A stretch of DNA of 64,000 bases, from positions 66,588,001 through 66,652,000 of the forward strand of contig NC_043004.1 in NCBI RefSeq assembly GCF_006345805.1, read 5' to 3'. Under the pieces are notes generated by a model that was given only the letters and a program-made list of their open reading frames with translations, did no database searches and was not told the DNA's origin. This document shows positions 43,624 to 57,784 of the stretch, piece after piece. The first letter of the stretch is position 1; every line of letters begins with the position of its first letter. Origin of the DNA: Octopus sinensis. Lineage: Eukaryota. The position numbers and the translations under genes are program-made.

Positions 43624-44299
43624 GTGCGGTCAATATGCTGAGAACACTTACGTTCACAACAAACGTTGCGTCTCCAACATGGGCAGAAGTAAGTTTATTT
43701 TGAAAGCAGTCTCATCGTTATGAAATTTTAAAAATATTTTTCCAGACATTTCTGTGCTTGTATGTTTGCGAGTGGACATATGCACATTTGAGCAATTCGT
43801 CTCTTTGTACGTATCTAAAGTTAGTCAATAGAATCAAACCCATTTCATTTCAAAATACATAGCTTAAGCAATTCGATAAAATATAACTCAAATAAGTTCA
43901 GGCGCAAAAATGGTACCACAGCTTGGCCGCAATCCAATGACTGAAAACAATACAAGAATAAAAGTATGTCGTTGTATTTAATATCTTCCTCTCTTTTAAC
44001 ATTTTTAAATATCTGACTTAAACATAAAGAGCAATCAAGCATATACAATAATTGCAGGAGTAATTATGAAAATTAATCTAATTGAAAGCATTTGCTAAAT
44101 ACAAATAGTAATTACAACGCAGCAAAAATAGAAAATACCAATAAAAGAAACAAAATATGGCCAAATGCGGCAAACAAATGAGAAATTGCTAAATAATGTT
44201 GCGAAATACATTAGTTTTGATACAGACAAGTATTTATTTTTCCCGATGTGTTTCATAATTCTGTTGTGGATAATATTAAAATAATATCATTTAGGTTTC

Positions 44300-44790
<491 letters not shown>

Positions 44791-46501
44791 CCGTCATCAT
44801 CATTATTGTTATTTTTCGAAGGCGGCGAGATGATCGGCTCATTCGTTAGAAAACCTAACAATAGGCTTAGCGGCATTTCGTCCGTCTTTACGTTACGTGT
44901 TCAAATTTCTTCGAGGACAACCTTGCATTTTATCATTTCAGAATTGGTAAACTAAGTACCAATTGAAATAAACGATTAGCCCTTCCTATTAAATTTTACG
45001 GCCTTGTGCTTACAAAAGAAAGGTGTATCAGCGACTTACTATACCTACTATAGTAGGTATAGTCAGTCGCTGTTAGTTTTAGGGTCTTGGGAATTGTGCA
45101 ATGTCAGTAGAGTTGTAATTTTTCTATCTTAATTCTATAGCTCGACAATTGTTGATTTCTGGAAGAGACACCCCCACCACCACCACCACCACCACACCAC
45201 CACCACCACCATCACCATCACCATCAGCACGCTACTGCATGATAATGTACTTTTCAGGTATTTTATCGCGAGGTTTGGAGACGGCATGTGTTCTCAAATA
45301 TTTAGAATCTTCCTTAAGATTCCTGTAGTGTATAGGGATGGCACTTTTCTGCAGGTCAACAATGCGAGTTTCAATTCCAGTCATTTTCAGATTTGTAGGT
45401 ATCATTTCGGGGATTAGCTAGGTACCCGAATTAAAATGGGTTTGCACTTAGCCAACAATCCTACCCATAAAATACATTCTCATTGAGACAACGAGGACAA
45501 TTCAAAAGCAACAAAATCTGGAAGAGTATAGGTTTTCCCTTAGAGTAACATAGGGTAGAACACTGAATCAGGTATTCGAGTGCAGAGATTCCAGATGTAG
45601 AACCAGAGAAAGTGTCGTCGATGATCTATACTCAATAGGGAGCAAAGAGTTTATGTATTACCATAATTTACACTATCTTTCTCTCTCAAATTTTCCCCAA
45701 CTCACTCCCCTAGATTAGTAATATTTTATTGAGCCCAAACAGATGAAATAGAAAAACTGATCTCCGTGACCTTTGAACTTTGAATGTATAGCATCGTAAT
45801 TAATATCGAGACGCATTGTACTCAACGCTCTGACGATTCTGTTAATGTGCTGGCTTAGATCTTGCACTGATGTTAGAAAATAAATTTTGGAATGAATATG
45901 GAGAAAGCAAAACGAACGAAATTCACATAGTAGTGTTTGAAATTACCGTAAAATATTTTACACAATTGCTTACTTTAATAACAAATTGTCGTTGAGAAAA
46001 AGAAATTAATTACTAAAAACCAATTCGCATGTTGCATTATAGTTTCTGAAATAAATTTTTAATATTAATTTCTAAAAATAGCTGAGACATGAAAGAAAAG
46101 AGCATAAAACAAACAAACATTTATTATTGTAAATTATCGGCATTAAGTTTGTGGTTAACAGCAACTCTAATTAATTAACTAAATACCCAAAGCAACTGTG
46201 GTAATTTTGCTTTAATATAAAGTTGCGAAATATTAACACGGCAACTGACTAATTGACACCTAACAGAGTAAATATGGCATGTTTCCAATTAGAGTGCAAA
46301 GATGATTCATATGCAACGGAAACTTGGAAGATGCACTTAATATATCTTGACGGGTAATAATGAAATCATAACTAAAAATTTAATAACAATAACAAATAAC
46401 AGTTGTGTTAGCATTATTAATATTATTATCATTTGCAGTAGTAGTAGTAGTAGTAGTAACGGTGGTGGTGGTGGTAGTATGAGTAGTAACACTGACTGTG
46501 A

Positions 46502-46535
<34 letters not shown>

Positions 46536-46549
46536 TAGTAGTAGTAGTA

Positions 46550-46765
46550 GGCGCGCTGACAGAATCGTTAGCACGACGGAGGAAAAGCTTTGTGGTATTT
46601 GGTTTGTCTTCATGTTCTGAGTTCAAATTCCACCGAGGTCAACTTTGCCATTCTTCCTTTCCAATTCGATAGAATAAGTACAACTTGACGACTGGGGTTG
46701 ATTTAATCGACTACAACACCCCCACCAAATTCCAAGTCTTGTCCTTCTGGTAGAAAGCATTATTG
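46550..46765 (+). mobile_element. SINE family B
   Basis: GGCGCGCTGACAGAATCGTTAGCAC...GAGTTCAAATTCCACCGAGGTC. Confidence 0.8.
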
Positions 46766-46789
46766 TTATCATAATTGAATGAGAGACCA

Positions 46790-47305
46790 GTGCATGTCAT
46801 CAAAATGACACGGGGTACAAATATCCGGAACCCAATATACCCACCATGACTAACCGTCTTATAAGGGTACACCAGGGACATGTATCACAAACATAAGTGT
46901 ACGTCATATCAAAATAAACAGTGAATGACCTTGCAGGTGAGAACCAGTTAGAATTACGTTCAGATCGAGTTGCCTATCTCGCTAAAAATGTCCCTGAATA
47001 ATGGTTATTTAAAAATCTTGAACGAAACAGCCATGCTTGCAAAAGTGAATTATTCAAATCCCAAATAATTCCTCTCAACATATGGCTATGATGCTCCCCA
47101 ACTACTTCTGTTCGTGATCAAAGATGCCCACATCGTCAGACCTTTAGGGGCATAGTTAACTGATTTAAGATTAAACAGCTTAACAAGCTAATCTTTCGTA
47201 TTGAGCAGAATATTTGCAGTAGCCCTTCTTTTATACCATAACAAAACATGTACTTTATAACACTTCCATTCGGTTAAGATCAGGAGCAACGAGAGCCACT
47301 GCTTG
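46790..47305 (-). mobile_element. Repeat family D (older copy)
   Basis: The reverse complement is colinear with 8220-8712. Abuts the (TTG)(TTA)n tract at 47306-47382. Confidence 0.75.
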
Positions 47306-47382
47306 GTTGTTGTTGTTGTTGTTATTATTATTATTATTATATTATATTATTATTATATTATTATTATTATTATTATTATTAT

Positions 47383-48015
47383 TTAATTGTCTTTCTACAG
47401 CTTCTAACGCTGGCGGTGTACTATGGAGACAGCTGTTCACTATCATTGAACTAAGGTAACATCCCTTGTTTTTCGAGCACCATCCAGAATATTCAGCGGT
47501 TCCAAGCAGCGATATTTTCTGCAAGTGCTCACCCTTATTGCAGCCCATATTTGTTCCATGCACTTCTCAATATTTTTACTCACTGTTCCGACAATTATTG
47601 GTACGACTACCACCTTTTCATTGACCACAACTCCTTCACCTTCCAAGCTAATCTGTTATATCAGTCAACTTTTCTTTCTTCCTTATCGCTTACCCTGTTG
47701 TCGGCTGGGCATGATGCATCTATGATCCAGATTAGTTTGCTTTCTTTCTCAATGAACACTATGCCTGGTTTCCTATTCTCTATCTCATGTTCGCACTGAA
47801 TCATAAGATCCCATAGGATCTTTGCATTATCATTTTCGAGGATGCCTTCGGGTTTATGTTCGTACCAAGTTTTCTCGCTCTGTCAAGTCCATACTTATTG
47901 CAAAGTGTCCAATGGACAAATCTTGCTATGTTGTCATGACGTTTCTTATATTCTTTTTCGGCTAGTGGTGTACATTGACTAGTAATATGCAATAAGATTT
48001 CATCATTTTGTTCCG
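47383..48015 (-). pseudogene. 5'-truncated R4/Dong-like retrotransposon relic (RLE endonuclease region plus 3' UTR), ending in (TAA)n
   Basis: Frameshifted translation HITSQC..AEKEYKKRHDNIARFVHW / WYEHKPEGILENDNAKILWD / RKPGIV..IIDASCPAD / VVVVPIIVG / LLGTA. The 3' end runs into (TAA)n on the minus strand. Confidence 0.85.
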
Positions 48016-48963
48016 TACCATTAAACCAAAAAAGTACTTTGAATATGTACGCCGATTTATCAATTCTCCGACTCCACCACTATGTGCAGTTTGTACTCAT
48101 ACGACGTCTTGCCTCTCACTAGCTCCCATTTTTCGCACAGTTTCCAATGTAGCACTGTCGCTATCTGGCCGTATCGCCACACCTTGTTATAGAGTATCTA
48201 GTTCGTTTAACGTATGGTACGGCAAATTATAACTATATAACTTACTAGTGTTACAGTTAGACTGCTTTATTCATTTAAATTTATGTTAGCGTTGCGAGTT
48301 TCTTTTACTTGTTTCCAGATCTACTTCATATGCTTTTCTTCTCTCATCAATATTTAAATAAGTCTGTGTATTTTCTCTAGTAGTGTATCATGAGCGGTGG
48401 TGAACTGTATGCAATCTATACTCAACTTATCGTTGTCATCTCATAAATTTTGAATCCCATACCACTGTGATACATTACTATAGCAGCCTTTTTCTCTCAG
48501 TTTACACGACTGTTTTCAAGTTATTAATGGTATACTTTGTACATCTGCTTCGCTTCTCATTTGTGCAACCCAAATTGTTTTTAGAAGTTACAAATTGCAC
48601 ACAACTTTCTCTGACGCTTCTTTCTCATAACTCAATTGTCAATTACATCTTTATCTGTAATGAATCTTTACCTTATTACGAATAACTTTTGATGGAAAAT
48701 TCCTATTTTATAACAATTATGCTTGTAAGGCACCATTTCCAATTTTCGAAGACAATACACAAAAGTTTGTTCAGGAAGTTGAAATATTTCTCCGAAAATA
48801 GGGGAAAAACAGTGAACAAATGTCTATTCTTTCTAAACACAATTGGATGTGAAGTCCATCCTGGTCGATGAAAACTTATCTACTTAAATAACCAAGAACG
48901 GGCTATTAAACAGACAACAGCAAAATATTTTTGTGGGGGTGCTCAAGATAATAATATTGGATT

Positions 48964-49165
48964 TACATTTTGGCACATGGCCAGCAATTTCAGGAGAATT
49001 TAGTTGAATACATTGACCTGAGAATTCAACTGGTACTTATTTTATTGACGGCGAAAGGATGAAAGGCAAGGTCAGCTTCGGCGGAATTTGAAATCGGAAC
49101 GTGAAGACAGAGAAATGCTGCTTAACATTTTGTTTGGAGTGCTAACGATTCAGCCAGCTCACCTT
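48964..49165 (-). mobile_element. SINE family B
   Basis: Homologous to 21184-21409. Confidence 0.75.
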
Positions 49166-49189
49166 CTTCATGATGATAAAGGTACTACT

Positions 49190-49407
49190 CTCTTATTCAT
49201 TTACTTGTTCCAGTCAATTGACTGCAGCCAGGCTTGAGCACCGCCATTAGTCGAGCAAATTGACCCCAGAACTTATTCCTTGTGTGCCTAGTACTTATCC
49301 TATTGGCCTGTTAACTCGAACCGCTAAGATGTGGGACGTAATCACACCAGCATCGGTTGTCAAGCGATGTTGAGGGGCCAAACAGAGATACATAAACATA
49401 TACACAC

Positions 49408-49420
<13 letters not shown>
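49190..49420 (-). mobile_element. SINE family A 3' half
   Basis: Reverse complement of the family A 3' half. Confidence 0.8.
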
Positions 49421-49504
<84 letters not shown>

Positions 49505-49511
49505 TATATAT

Positions 49512-50610
49512 ACTAGCACTATCAGCCGGTGTTGCTTGGGTTTGTTTCGACCCTTTAGAATTGGAATTTTCGAAAAGTAAAAATATTACATGATGCAACT
49601 TGTTATTCTCTTCAAATGAACATTTTTCCCGTTGAAATACACCGAAAAATAGTGACACAGCAGTCAAAAATCGTAAATAATAGGGATTTTCATACAAAAA
49701 AAGCACCTTTTTGATGTAAATAATTTTTAGTGTTAACATGGTCTGATTAGAATTTTATCTTCTACAGAATAAAGAGCGAGCATTCGTCCATCATACTCTC
49801 AAATTTGGTCAACTTGCGCTGCAGGGTCTCGAAGGAGATAGTGTTAGTTGAAAGCTACCAAACCTGTCACACACAAACAACTTCAGCTTTATAAATATAG
49901 ATTTGCTACACACTACTTTCCATCCTTAATAATGAAACTTGGTAGATCCGAAAGTTAAACACACAGACACACATACAGATACACAAGTTGAGTTTTATAT
50001 ATATAGATTTCTCAACTAGGATATCAGGGGAGAGTTTCAGGGAGTCGCTGGCCATGTATCGTGATGATCAAAAATCCGGCCTGCTAAAATTTGGTAAAAG
50101 TGATTCACACTGCAGACTCAACGCGAAATAGTCACATTTAATTCAAAGCGTTAAAAATGTTATGAAAATAATTGGTATGTGTGCACAAAGTCCAAACGAT
50201 TAATACGAAAAAACCCTCCAGGCTATATCCCGAAAATCATTTATTTGCCGAATTTCTACAATGTTTACGGCGATTCGTCTATATATCTTGATTTTTTATT
50301 TGTCATGCAATTTACGCATGCTTGCACGCGTGGTGAACACAGTTCACGTCAAACAGCTGACTGAGTAAAGTTCGCTATTCAATACATGGGATAAGGCGTA
50401 AACAAACACATTATCAATTTTTGCCTTGCGAGATGAATTTCGGAACAGAAATAGCGCAGTTCAATTTTCATTCGCCTAAACTTTAAGTGATCCATTTTAG
50501 GTGGTTATACGATTTGTTGGCTAGGAGGAGATGTGCCGGGAAATTAAACACATAGACACACACACATATACACACACAGACACACAGTTGAGTTTTATAT
50601 ATATATATAT
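49512..50610 (+). mobile_element. Cluster of Helentron/DINE-1-like non-autonomous pieces
   Basis: ACTAG starts at ~49512 and ~50015. Ends of the type (CA)n-GTTGAGTTTTATATATATAGATT or CAGCTTTATAAATATAGATT at ~49903, ~50010 and ~50605. Confidence 0.45.
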
Positions 50611-50780
50611 ACATATATACGACGGGTTTCTTTCAGTTTCCGCCTACCAAATCTACTCACAAGGCGTTTGTCGGCCCGAGGCTATAGTAGAATACACTTG
50701 CCCTAGGTGCCACGTAGTGGAACTGAACCCAGGAACCATGTGGTTGGTAAGCAAGCTACTTACCACACAGCCACTCCTAA
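50611..50780 (-). mobile_element. SINE family A 5' half
   Basis: Reverse complement of the family A head. Confidence 0.8.
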
Positions 50781-52219
50781 TAATATAATTTTTTTTTTTA
50801 TATTTTCGTTATCATTGATACTTTTTGCTAACTTTTCATTTGTTTCAGTATTTCTTGATAGTGGTGAAACAGATGTAGAGAAAGGATATTCAAATATTCG
50901 TGTATTACAATGTTTATTTCCTGCTATACTTTCCGATCAAATTCTAACTATATTGAGTTCTAGTTTCGTCTAACGGAGGCCTAGAGAATCTGTGACATGG
51001 TATTTGCGAGTCATTAATATCGACAATCTTTCTGTTTCAGGAACTTTGTTGCATCATGCACATATGTGAAATAGTAATTATTGTGTTGCATTTACTTTCC
51101 ATTTGTTGTTTTCATCGTATAATCTTTCATGTTGAAACTCTTGTTTATAACAAGACAATAAAAATGCTTCAATTAAAACACTGAACGATAAAAACAAAAG
51201 ATAGAGCATTATTGGATTGAATCTCGAAAGTATGAATATTTTCTCTCTTATTTTCGTTATATGAGCCTCGAAATATGCTGCATTGCACATGTTTTCTTTT
51301 TGTCGCTAAGAAATGTAGAATCAATACTTTGCAGAATTCAAATTGGAAAACGAAAACAATTACGAAAAGAAAACAAGAAAGCTCTTAAAAAATAAACACA
51401 TCTTCACCATCTTCTATTTTTAAATCCAATGTCTTTATTCGTTTTCCTTTGAATTGCCAATATATTCTAAACCCTTACATTTATGCTTTATATTTTTTAA
51501 CGGTTATATAAGAGCACGTGGCTATTAAGAAACAATATTAGATGGCATGCGGAACATTATTAGTATGAAAATTGAAAGTAAACACGAGACATAAAGACAC
51601 ATATAAAGAAAGAGATGCAATCATACATTCCTGGTTATCGCTACCCACTGCGCTGCGTAACTGCTACAACTTTAAGGGTTTTTTCCTTCTCTTACCGATT
51701 CTCCACTACAACATCCTCCACAAACTTTCACTTGCACAAATAAAGAAATTTGAGATCCACTAAATCGTAAAATAATAATGTGAAAAAGAAAAAAAAATTA
51801 CTATAGAATCTTACTAAACGTAATTGAAATGCGTAGAAGAGGTTGTAAGAAACAAACAATAGATTTATTGGTGAAAACCATGGAATGTAAAATTGCCATT
51901 TTCCTTTTTCTTGTTTCCTTTTTCTTGTTTCCCTTTCCTTGTTGTTTATGACTGTCGTTTGATTTTCGTTCGTGAAAGTGTTTTCCATATTAGAAAAAAT
52001 ACAATACAAATGCCACCACCTCCACCACCACCGCCGCCGCCGCCGCCAAAGCCACCAACATCAACAGCACCACCTTTGCTACTATAGCAACAGCAACAAA
52101 GACTACTTCTACTGCTGCTGCTACTATAACTATCACTACTACTATAGGAACAAGTAATGATAATGATAATAATATTCTGCATACTATTTAGGATGATGAT
52201 GATCATAATGATGATGATG

Positions 52220-52286
<67 letters not shown>

Positions 52287-52297
52287 TAGGCATTTAG

Positions 52298-52690
52298 GCA
52301 GTGCAAGTATTTTCCTGGGGAATTGAAATGAGATTTGGATTAGAAAAGTACGGCAAGGTAACGTTGAAAATAAGAAAATTAATTAAGAAAACTAATATTA
52401 TGATAGATAAAGAAACCAAGATAAGAGGTTTAGACGAAAGACGAAATTACAAATAATCAGGAATCAATGAACTAGACTCTGTTCAACGTTTACAAATAAA
52501 AGAAAAGATTAAGAAGGACAATTATGTATGTATTAGATTAATACTTTAAACAGAACAGAATGCATAATATAAGGTAGTACCCATCAGTAGTTTACATATA
52601 GCTAACCTGTTATAGCTATAATACTGTTAACTGGACGCGTTAAGTACAATAAGAAATTTATAGAGAAAAATAAAGGAAATTGTTGCCTGA
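52298..52690 (+). pseudogene. Degenerate R4/Dong-like RT fragment (region downstream of YMDD), preceded by (TAA)n
   Basis: VQVFSWGIEMRFGLEKYGKVT...RNYK*SGINE...KEKIKKDNYVCIRLIL*TEQN aligns by eye to VKEFSNDIGMDFGLDKCAKAT...SYKYLGINE...KEKIRKEYYR*IRLVLKTELN of the 54768 ORF. Confidence 0.8.
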
Positions 52691-52869
52691 CGAACCTCAA
52701 TCGGAAATAGAATCATTATATTTACAGAATAAGATAAATAAAGCCACAAGGTAGCTATTGTTAAGTATGAAGTACAACGCTACAAGTTATCTATTTAACA
52801 AGAATGAAATTCCAAAATCAAAAACTCGATGCAATAAACAAAATCAAAACGCCTTTTGTTTCTTTTTTT

Positions 52870-53128
52870 ATTTGCATTATTTACATTATTTACATTCGAC
52901 GGATATTTGTCCTCATTTTGTTTCTTGTTAACACAACATTTCGGCTGATATTCCCTCCTGCCTTCTTCAGGTGTCTTGGGGGAAATTTCGAACCTGGGTT
53001 CTAATTCTTAAGGTATTTTTCGATGTTATTATTATTAGTAGTAGTAGTATTCAGGTCACTGCTTGGAATCGAAATCGGAATTTTGTGGTTATTAGTCCGC
53101 GCTCTTAACCATTACACCATATGCCTAC
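52870..53128 (-). mobile_element. SINE family E: tRNA-like head, short (TAA) linker, tail with a minimal hammerhead-like motif
   Basis: Minus strand head GTAGGCATATGGTGTAATGGTTAAGAGCGCGG...TTCGATTCC. Tail contains ACAC-CTGAAGA-AGGCAG..CAGCC-GAAATGT-T-GTGT (52931-52974). Confidence 0.8.
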
Positions 53129-53135
53129 GGGCATT

Positions 53136-53169
<34 letters not shown>

Positions 53170-53170
53170 C

Positions 53171-53248
<78 letters not shown>

Positions 53249-53261
53249 GTTGCTGCTACTA

Positions 53262-53305
<44 letters not shown>

Positions 53306-53847
53306 ATAATAATAATAATAATAATAATAACAATAATAAGGCTCCGGGCTGAATAACAACATGGATGTTCCCTGGGAGCCCCTCTCCAAAAAACGAATTT
53401 AATCCAACAACATCGTTGCAATGGAAGAAAGGTTCCACAAAATATCTTTTCCAAATTTTCTTTTAAGGCAAAGTAACTAAAAAGTCCGAACTATTATTGC
53501 CATATATAGTATGGTTTTCTTTCTTTTATGCATAATATTTCCATGTGACATGCATAAGAAATAGAAGCGAACATCAGAGCTCTTGAAAGACAGTAAGTAC
53601 ATAAATTGATTAATTAATTAATTAATTAAATAAGTATACATGCAACTGTTTATGCATACACGTAGACATTTTAATTGTAAAGTATACATGCAACTTTTTG
53701 TGCATACATGTACACATTTTAATTATAAAGCATAAATAATGCTTACACGCGCTCACACGTACACACAGAAAGAAAAACCACGTTACGCGGACGAAAACAA
53801 AACAAAAACAAAGCGATTTTTCACGAACAAACGCAAAAAAGAGCAAA

Positions 53848-54792
53848 TTGGTCACTGAATTTAGAAAGTCACTGAACAGTTATGCCCGGAACATGACTAC
53901 CAAAATAAATAGAGGCGAATTTCGATCTGTAAGTCTTATGCGAGTTCGATATGAACAATATATTAATTCGGAGAATTCAGAAGCGGTGTCTTGTCAAAAA
54001 ATTGACCCTGTACAAACACTCCCTTCTTCTAACGTCACCGTCACAGGAGCGGCGTCTTGTCAAAAAGTTGACCCTGAAAAAATGGACCCCTCTGATGTCG
54101 CCGTCAATCATTTAATGAAAACAATCCAAAAATCATGCCGGATCGGTCATCGCCCGGGACAACAAGGACCGCGTTACCCAGTAGGGAACCAGACTGGGGT
54201 CGAAAAGTTTGCTGCTGGAACAAACTCTCAAAAAGACGATCTACCAGGTGACCAGAACCAGAATACTTCTAACTCTGGACTTGTAGTGACACCACCAAAA
54301 ACACCACCTAAAGCAAAACGTATAAAATGGACCAGAGAGGACTATAGAGATGTGTTGAAAGCTTTTTGTACAGCCCAACTAAACCCAAACAATAACCTCA
54401 GTGTACAAACATACATCTCATGGAGAAATTCAGTAGGCAATGACGTACATAGATATATAGACGCAAATAAATTAAGTAATGTACGCAGAGATATAATTAA
54501 AAACAAAAGACTAACTGACGCTGAAATTGACAAAATTAGGACACTAATAGCTCATGGTAGACCAAAAGAAAACAGCAACAATGTAGACGAAATAGGTAAC
54601 AGTAGCACAGAAGCCAGTGTACAAGCAGCAAATCAACTTCCCAATGGGGAAGTTAAACAAAGAATAGCGAAGACGAGAGATTTGAAAAAAGAGGAGAACG
54701 TAGACCTTCCTCAAGAAAACCAAAATAGATATGACATAGAATTTGAGGTGAAAATAGAGAAAAGATTATGGAAGCAAAAGTGGACATTATGA
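53848..54792 (+). pseudogene. R4/Dong ORF N-terminal part with a Myb-like DNA-binding domain
   Basis: KRIKWTREDYRDVLKAF...W...IDANKLSNVRRDIIKNKRLTDAEIDKI (~54313-54540). Joined to the next ORF by a -1 frameshift near 54750-54770. The real start is probably a downstream ATG (e.g. 53892). Confidence 0.8.
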
Positions 54793-56525
54793 GGGAACTC
54801 GGCAAGATTGAGCTCACTGACATGGTTAATAGAGAACCACTACCAAAGTTTTCAAATGGCACAAGAAATGATAACACAATCATGACATATAACGTTGCCC
54901 TAGGACAGATCTTAAGAAATAAGGGGAATGATTTGACAACCTTAAATAATCTCATTTATTCAACTGCTAAAGTAGCAACTACCCAACTAGGTATTAAGAT
55001 GACAAAGAAAAAGGCCAGGCATGTCAATGAACCTCCTAAGTGGAAAGTAGCGATACAAAAAGAGATTGAATCTCTGCGGGCGGATGTTTCAGTTCTCGAT
55101 GAGCTTGCTAGAGGAGTGAATATTAAGCCGAGAAAAGCTAGAAAAATCAAGCAAAAATATAAAATCAAAGATCTCATAAACCTCCCTGCAACTAAGGAAC
55201 TGTTGAAACAACGGATACAGTTGAAAGCTCAACGGCTTAGAAGGTATGACAAAAGAAACAAATTTTATCGACAAAATAAATTTTTTAAGACAGATGCAAA
55301 GAAATTTTATAGGGAAATTGGCAAAAATAAAATACACATAGAAGATCCACCTAAGATTGAGGAAGTGGAGGAGTTCTGGAAGAAGGTATGGAGCAACGAA
55401 AAAGAGTTTAATGCTGAGGCTGACTGGATAGAACGTGAGAAAGAGAGACTGGATGAACTTGAAGAACAGAAATGGGAAGCAATAGGAATAGAGGAGCTAA
55501 GGTGTGTCCTTAGGAAGGCTCATAAATGGAAAACCCCAGGACTGGATCGGATCTCTAACTTCTGGCTTAATTGTTTGACAGAGGTACACGAACATCTCGC
55601 TGCATCTCTGTCTGATGTCATTCAGAACCCAGAGCAAATACCTGCTTGGCTGACTGAAGGAACCACCTACCTATTACCTAAAACCGAAGACACAAAAAAC
55701 CCAAAGAATTACCGGCCAATAACATGTCTCAACACCACCTACAAAATCCTCACATCCATAATAACGGAGAGAATGTACGCTTTCCTTGAACAAAATTCTA
55801 TCCTTCCACAAGCTCAAAAAGGTTGTAAAAGAAACTCTTATGGTTTCAAAGACCAATTGCTCATAAACAGAATGATTGTAGAGAATTGCCGGAGCAAAAA
55901 CAAAAACCTGAGTATGGCATGGATAGACTACAGGAAAGCGTATGACAGTGTCCCACATAAATGGATACTCAAGGCCCTTGAGATATACAAGATCTCTCCT
56001 GTCGTCTCAAAATTCTTAGAGAATAGCATGACCATGTGGAACACACGTCTCTTTCTAAGCCATAGTAATGGGATGAGCCAGTCCAATAGCATCAACATCA
56101 AACGAGGCATCTTTCAAGGTGACTCCCTCTCTCCATTACTTTTTTGCATGGCACTGATCTCACTCTCAAACGAATTGGATAGTACCAGATATGGGTACAA
56201 AGTTTTTAGTAAGTTAATAAACCACCTTTTCTATATGGACGACCTAAAGCTGTTTGCCAGGAATGACCAAGAGCTAGAAGGGCTGCTAACAACTGTTAAA
56301 GAGTTTAGCAATGATATCGGGATGGATTTTGGCCTTGATAAGTGTGCTAAAGCAACTTTTGTAGGAGGGAAGCTCAGGCAAACAGCTTCTGTTAAATTAG
56401 ATATTGACACTACCATCAAGGAACTTGACCCACAAGAAAGTTACAAATACCTAGGAATCAACGAAGGAGATGGTATACATCATGCTACTATGAAGGAAAA
56501 GATAAGAAAGGAATATTATAGGTGA
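54768..56525 (+). pseudogene. R4/Dong reverse transcriptase domain
   Basis: KTPGLDRISNFWL, YRPITCLNTTYKIL, QKGC, DYRKAYDSVPH, RGIFQGDSLSPLLF, YMDDLK (56232-56249), YKYLG. Ends at an in-frame TGA (56523-56525) and the frame continues beyond it. Confidence 0.95.
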
Positions 56526-57784
56526 ATAAGGCTTGTACTGAAGACTGAACTCAACTCCAAAAATTGCATTGAGGCCATTAACACCCTGGCACTTCCAGTA
56601 GTCCAGTACAGTTTTAACATCATTAACTGGAACCTTACGGAACTCCAACGCTTGGACAGGAAGACAAGAAAGTTACTGACATCCAAGAGCATGCACCACC
56701 CTAAGGCAGATGTAGACCGCTTGTACCTACCTAGAAGCAGCGGGGGGAGAGGAATGATGCAATTAGAGCTGTGCTATAAGACCTCTACTGTAGGAATGAA
56801 CAGGTACCTATCTAGTACAAAGGACTGGATGCTACGACTTGTGTGCGAACACGAAAGCAGCAAAAAGCTGCATTCTATTGTCAAAGAAGCTTATAAGTTC
56901 GAAAGGGAACTAGACATTAACCTTGAATCAGATGAAGGGCCGGAAACCACTGCTACCAAGCAAGCAAAGCGAATCAAGCAGACTGCAAAAAAGAACGGGC
57001 AGAATCAAATTGAGAGGCGGTGGAGCCAGAAGCCCCTGCATGGACAATATATTCTCCGAAGCCAAAATGCTGATGTAGACCAAGCAACAACCCATCAGTG
57101 GCTGAAGAGCTCTGGATTGAAAGCAGAGACTGAAGGCTTCATAATGGCAGCACAAGATCAAAGCTTGTTTACCAGAAATTACCAGGCTAACGTTCTCCGA
57201 AACGGTACTGACCCTAAATGCAGATTCTGTGACACATTTGACGAAACAATAGACCATCTCGTTTCGGGATGTCCTGTGCTGACACCAAACGAATACAAAA
57301 ATCGCCACGATAGGGTAGGACAGTATATACATTGGAAGATATGTAAACACTACAAATCCGACACTCCTGCTAACTGGTATGAACACCATCCTCAGCCAGT
57401 TGTTGAAGGTAAAGATGTCACCATCCTCTGGGATTTCCCAGTCAACACTGACAGAACGATCAAGGCTAATCGACCAGACATAATTGTGAAAGACAGGGAA
57501 GAAAATACCTGCAGACTAATAGAAGTAAGCGTCCCCACTGATAAAAATGTATCTGTCAAGGAATTTGACAAACTTAGTAAATATAAGGACCTGGAAATCG
57601 AAATACAGAGGATGTGGAATCTTAAAACAAAAACTGTTCCTGTTATTGTAGGTGCCCTAGTATGATAAAAAAGGGATGTCAGAAACACCTAGACAATATC
57701 CCTGGAAAACCATGTCTCAAGGAAATCCAAAAGATTGTGCTAACAAGTACTGCCCACATCCTTAGAAAAACCCTATCAATGTAA
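56526..57784 (+). pseudogene. R4/Dong C-terminal part: thumb/linker, CCHC zinc knuckle, restriction-like endonuclease
   Basis: CRFCDTFDETIDHLVSGC (57219-57272), RHDRVG, NRPDIIV...IEVSVPTD...KLSKYKDL. A 1-bp deletion at ~57660; restoring it gives GALGMIKKG...TSTAHILRKTLSM* ending at 57784. Confidence 0.93.

Noticed and set aside
52687-52710. CTGACGA-ACCTCAATCG-GAAAT hammerhead-like core
   Set aside because: No stem II, stem III or stem I pairing.
53340-53460. HDV-like or hammerhead ribozyme at the Dong 5' end
   Set aside because: The P1-like helix is not followed by the GG needed for P1.1, CTGAATA is not CUGANGA, and there is no GAAA; kept only as a structured end.
54745-54792. Programmed -1 ribosomal frameshift between the two Dong ORFs
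   Set aside because: No X XXY YYZ slippery heptamer in the overlap, and R4-clade elements normally have a single ORF; a 1-bp deletion or sequencing error is simpler.
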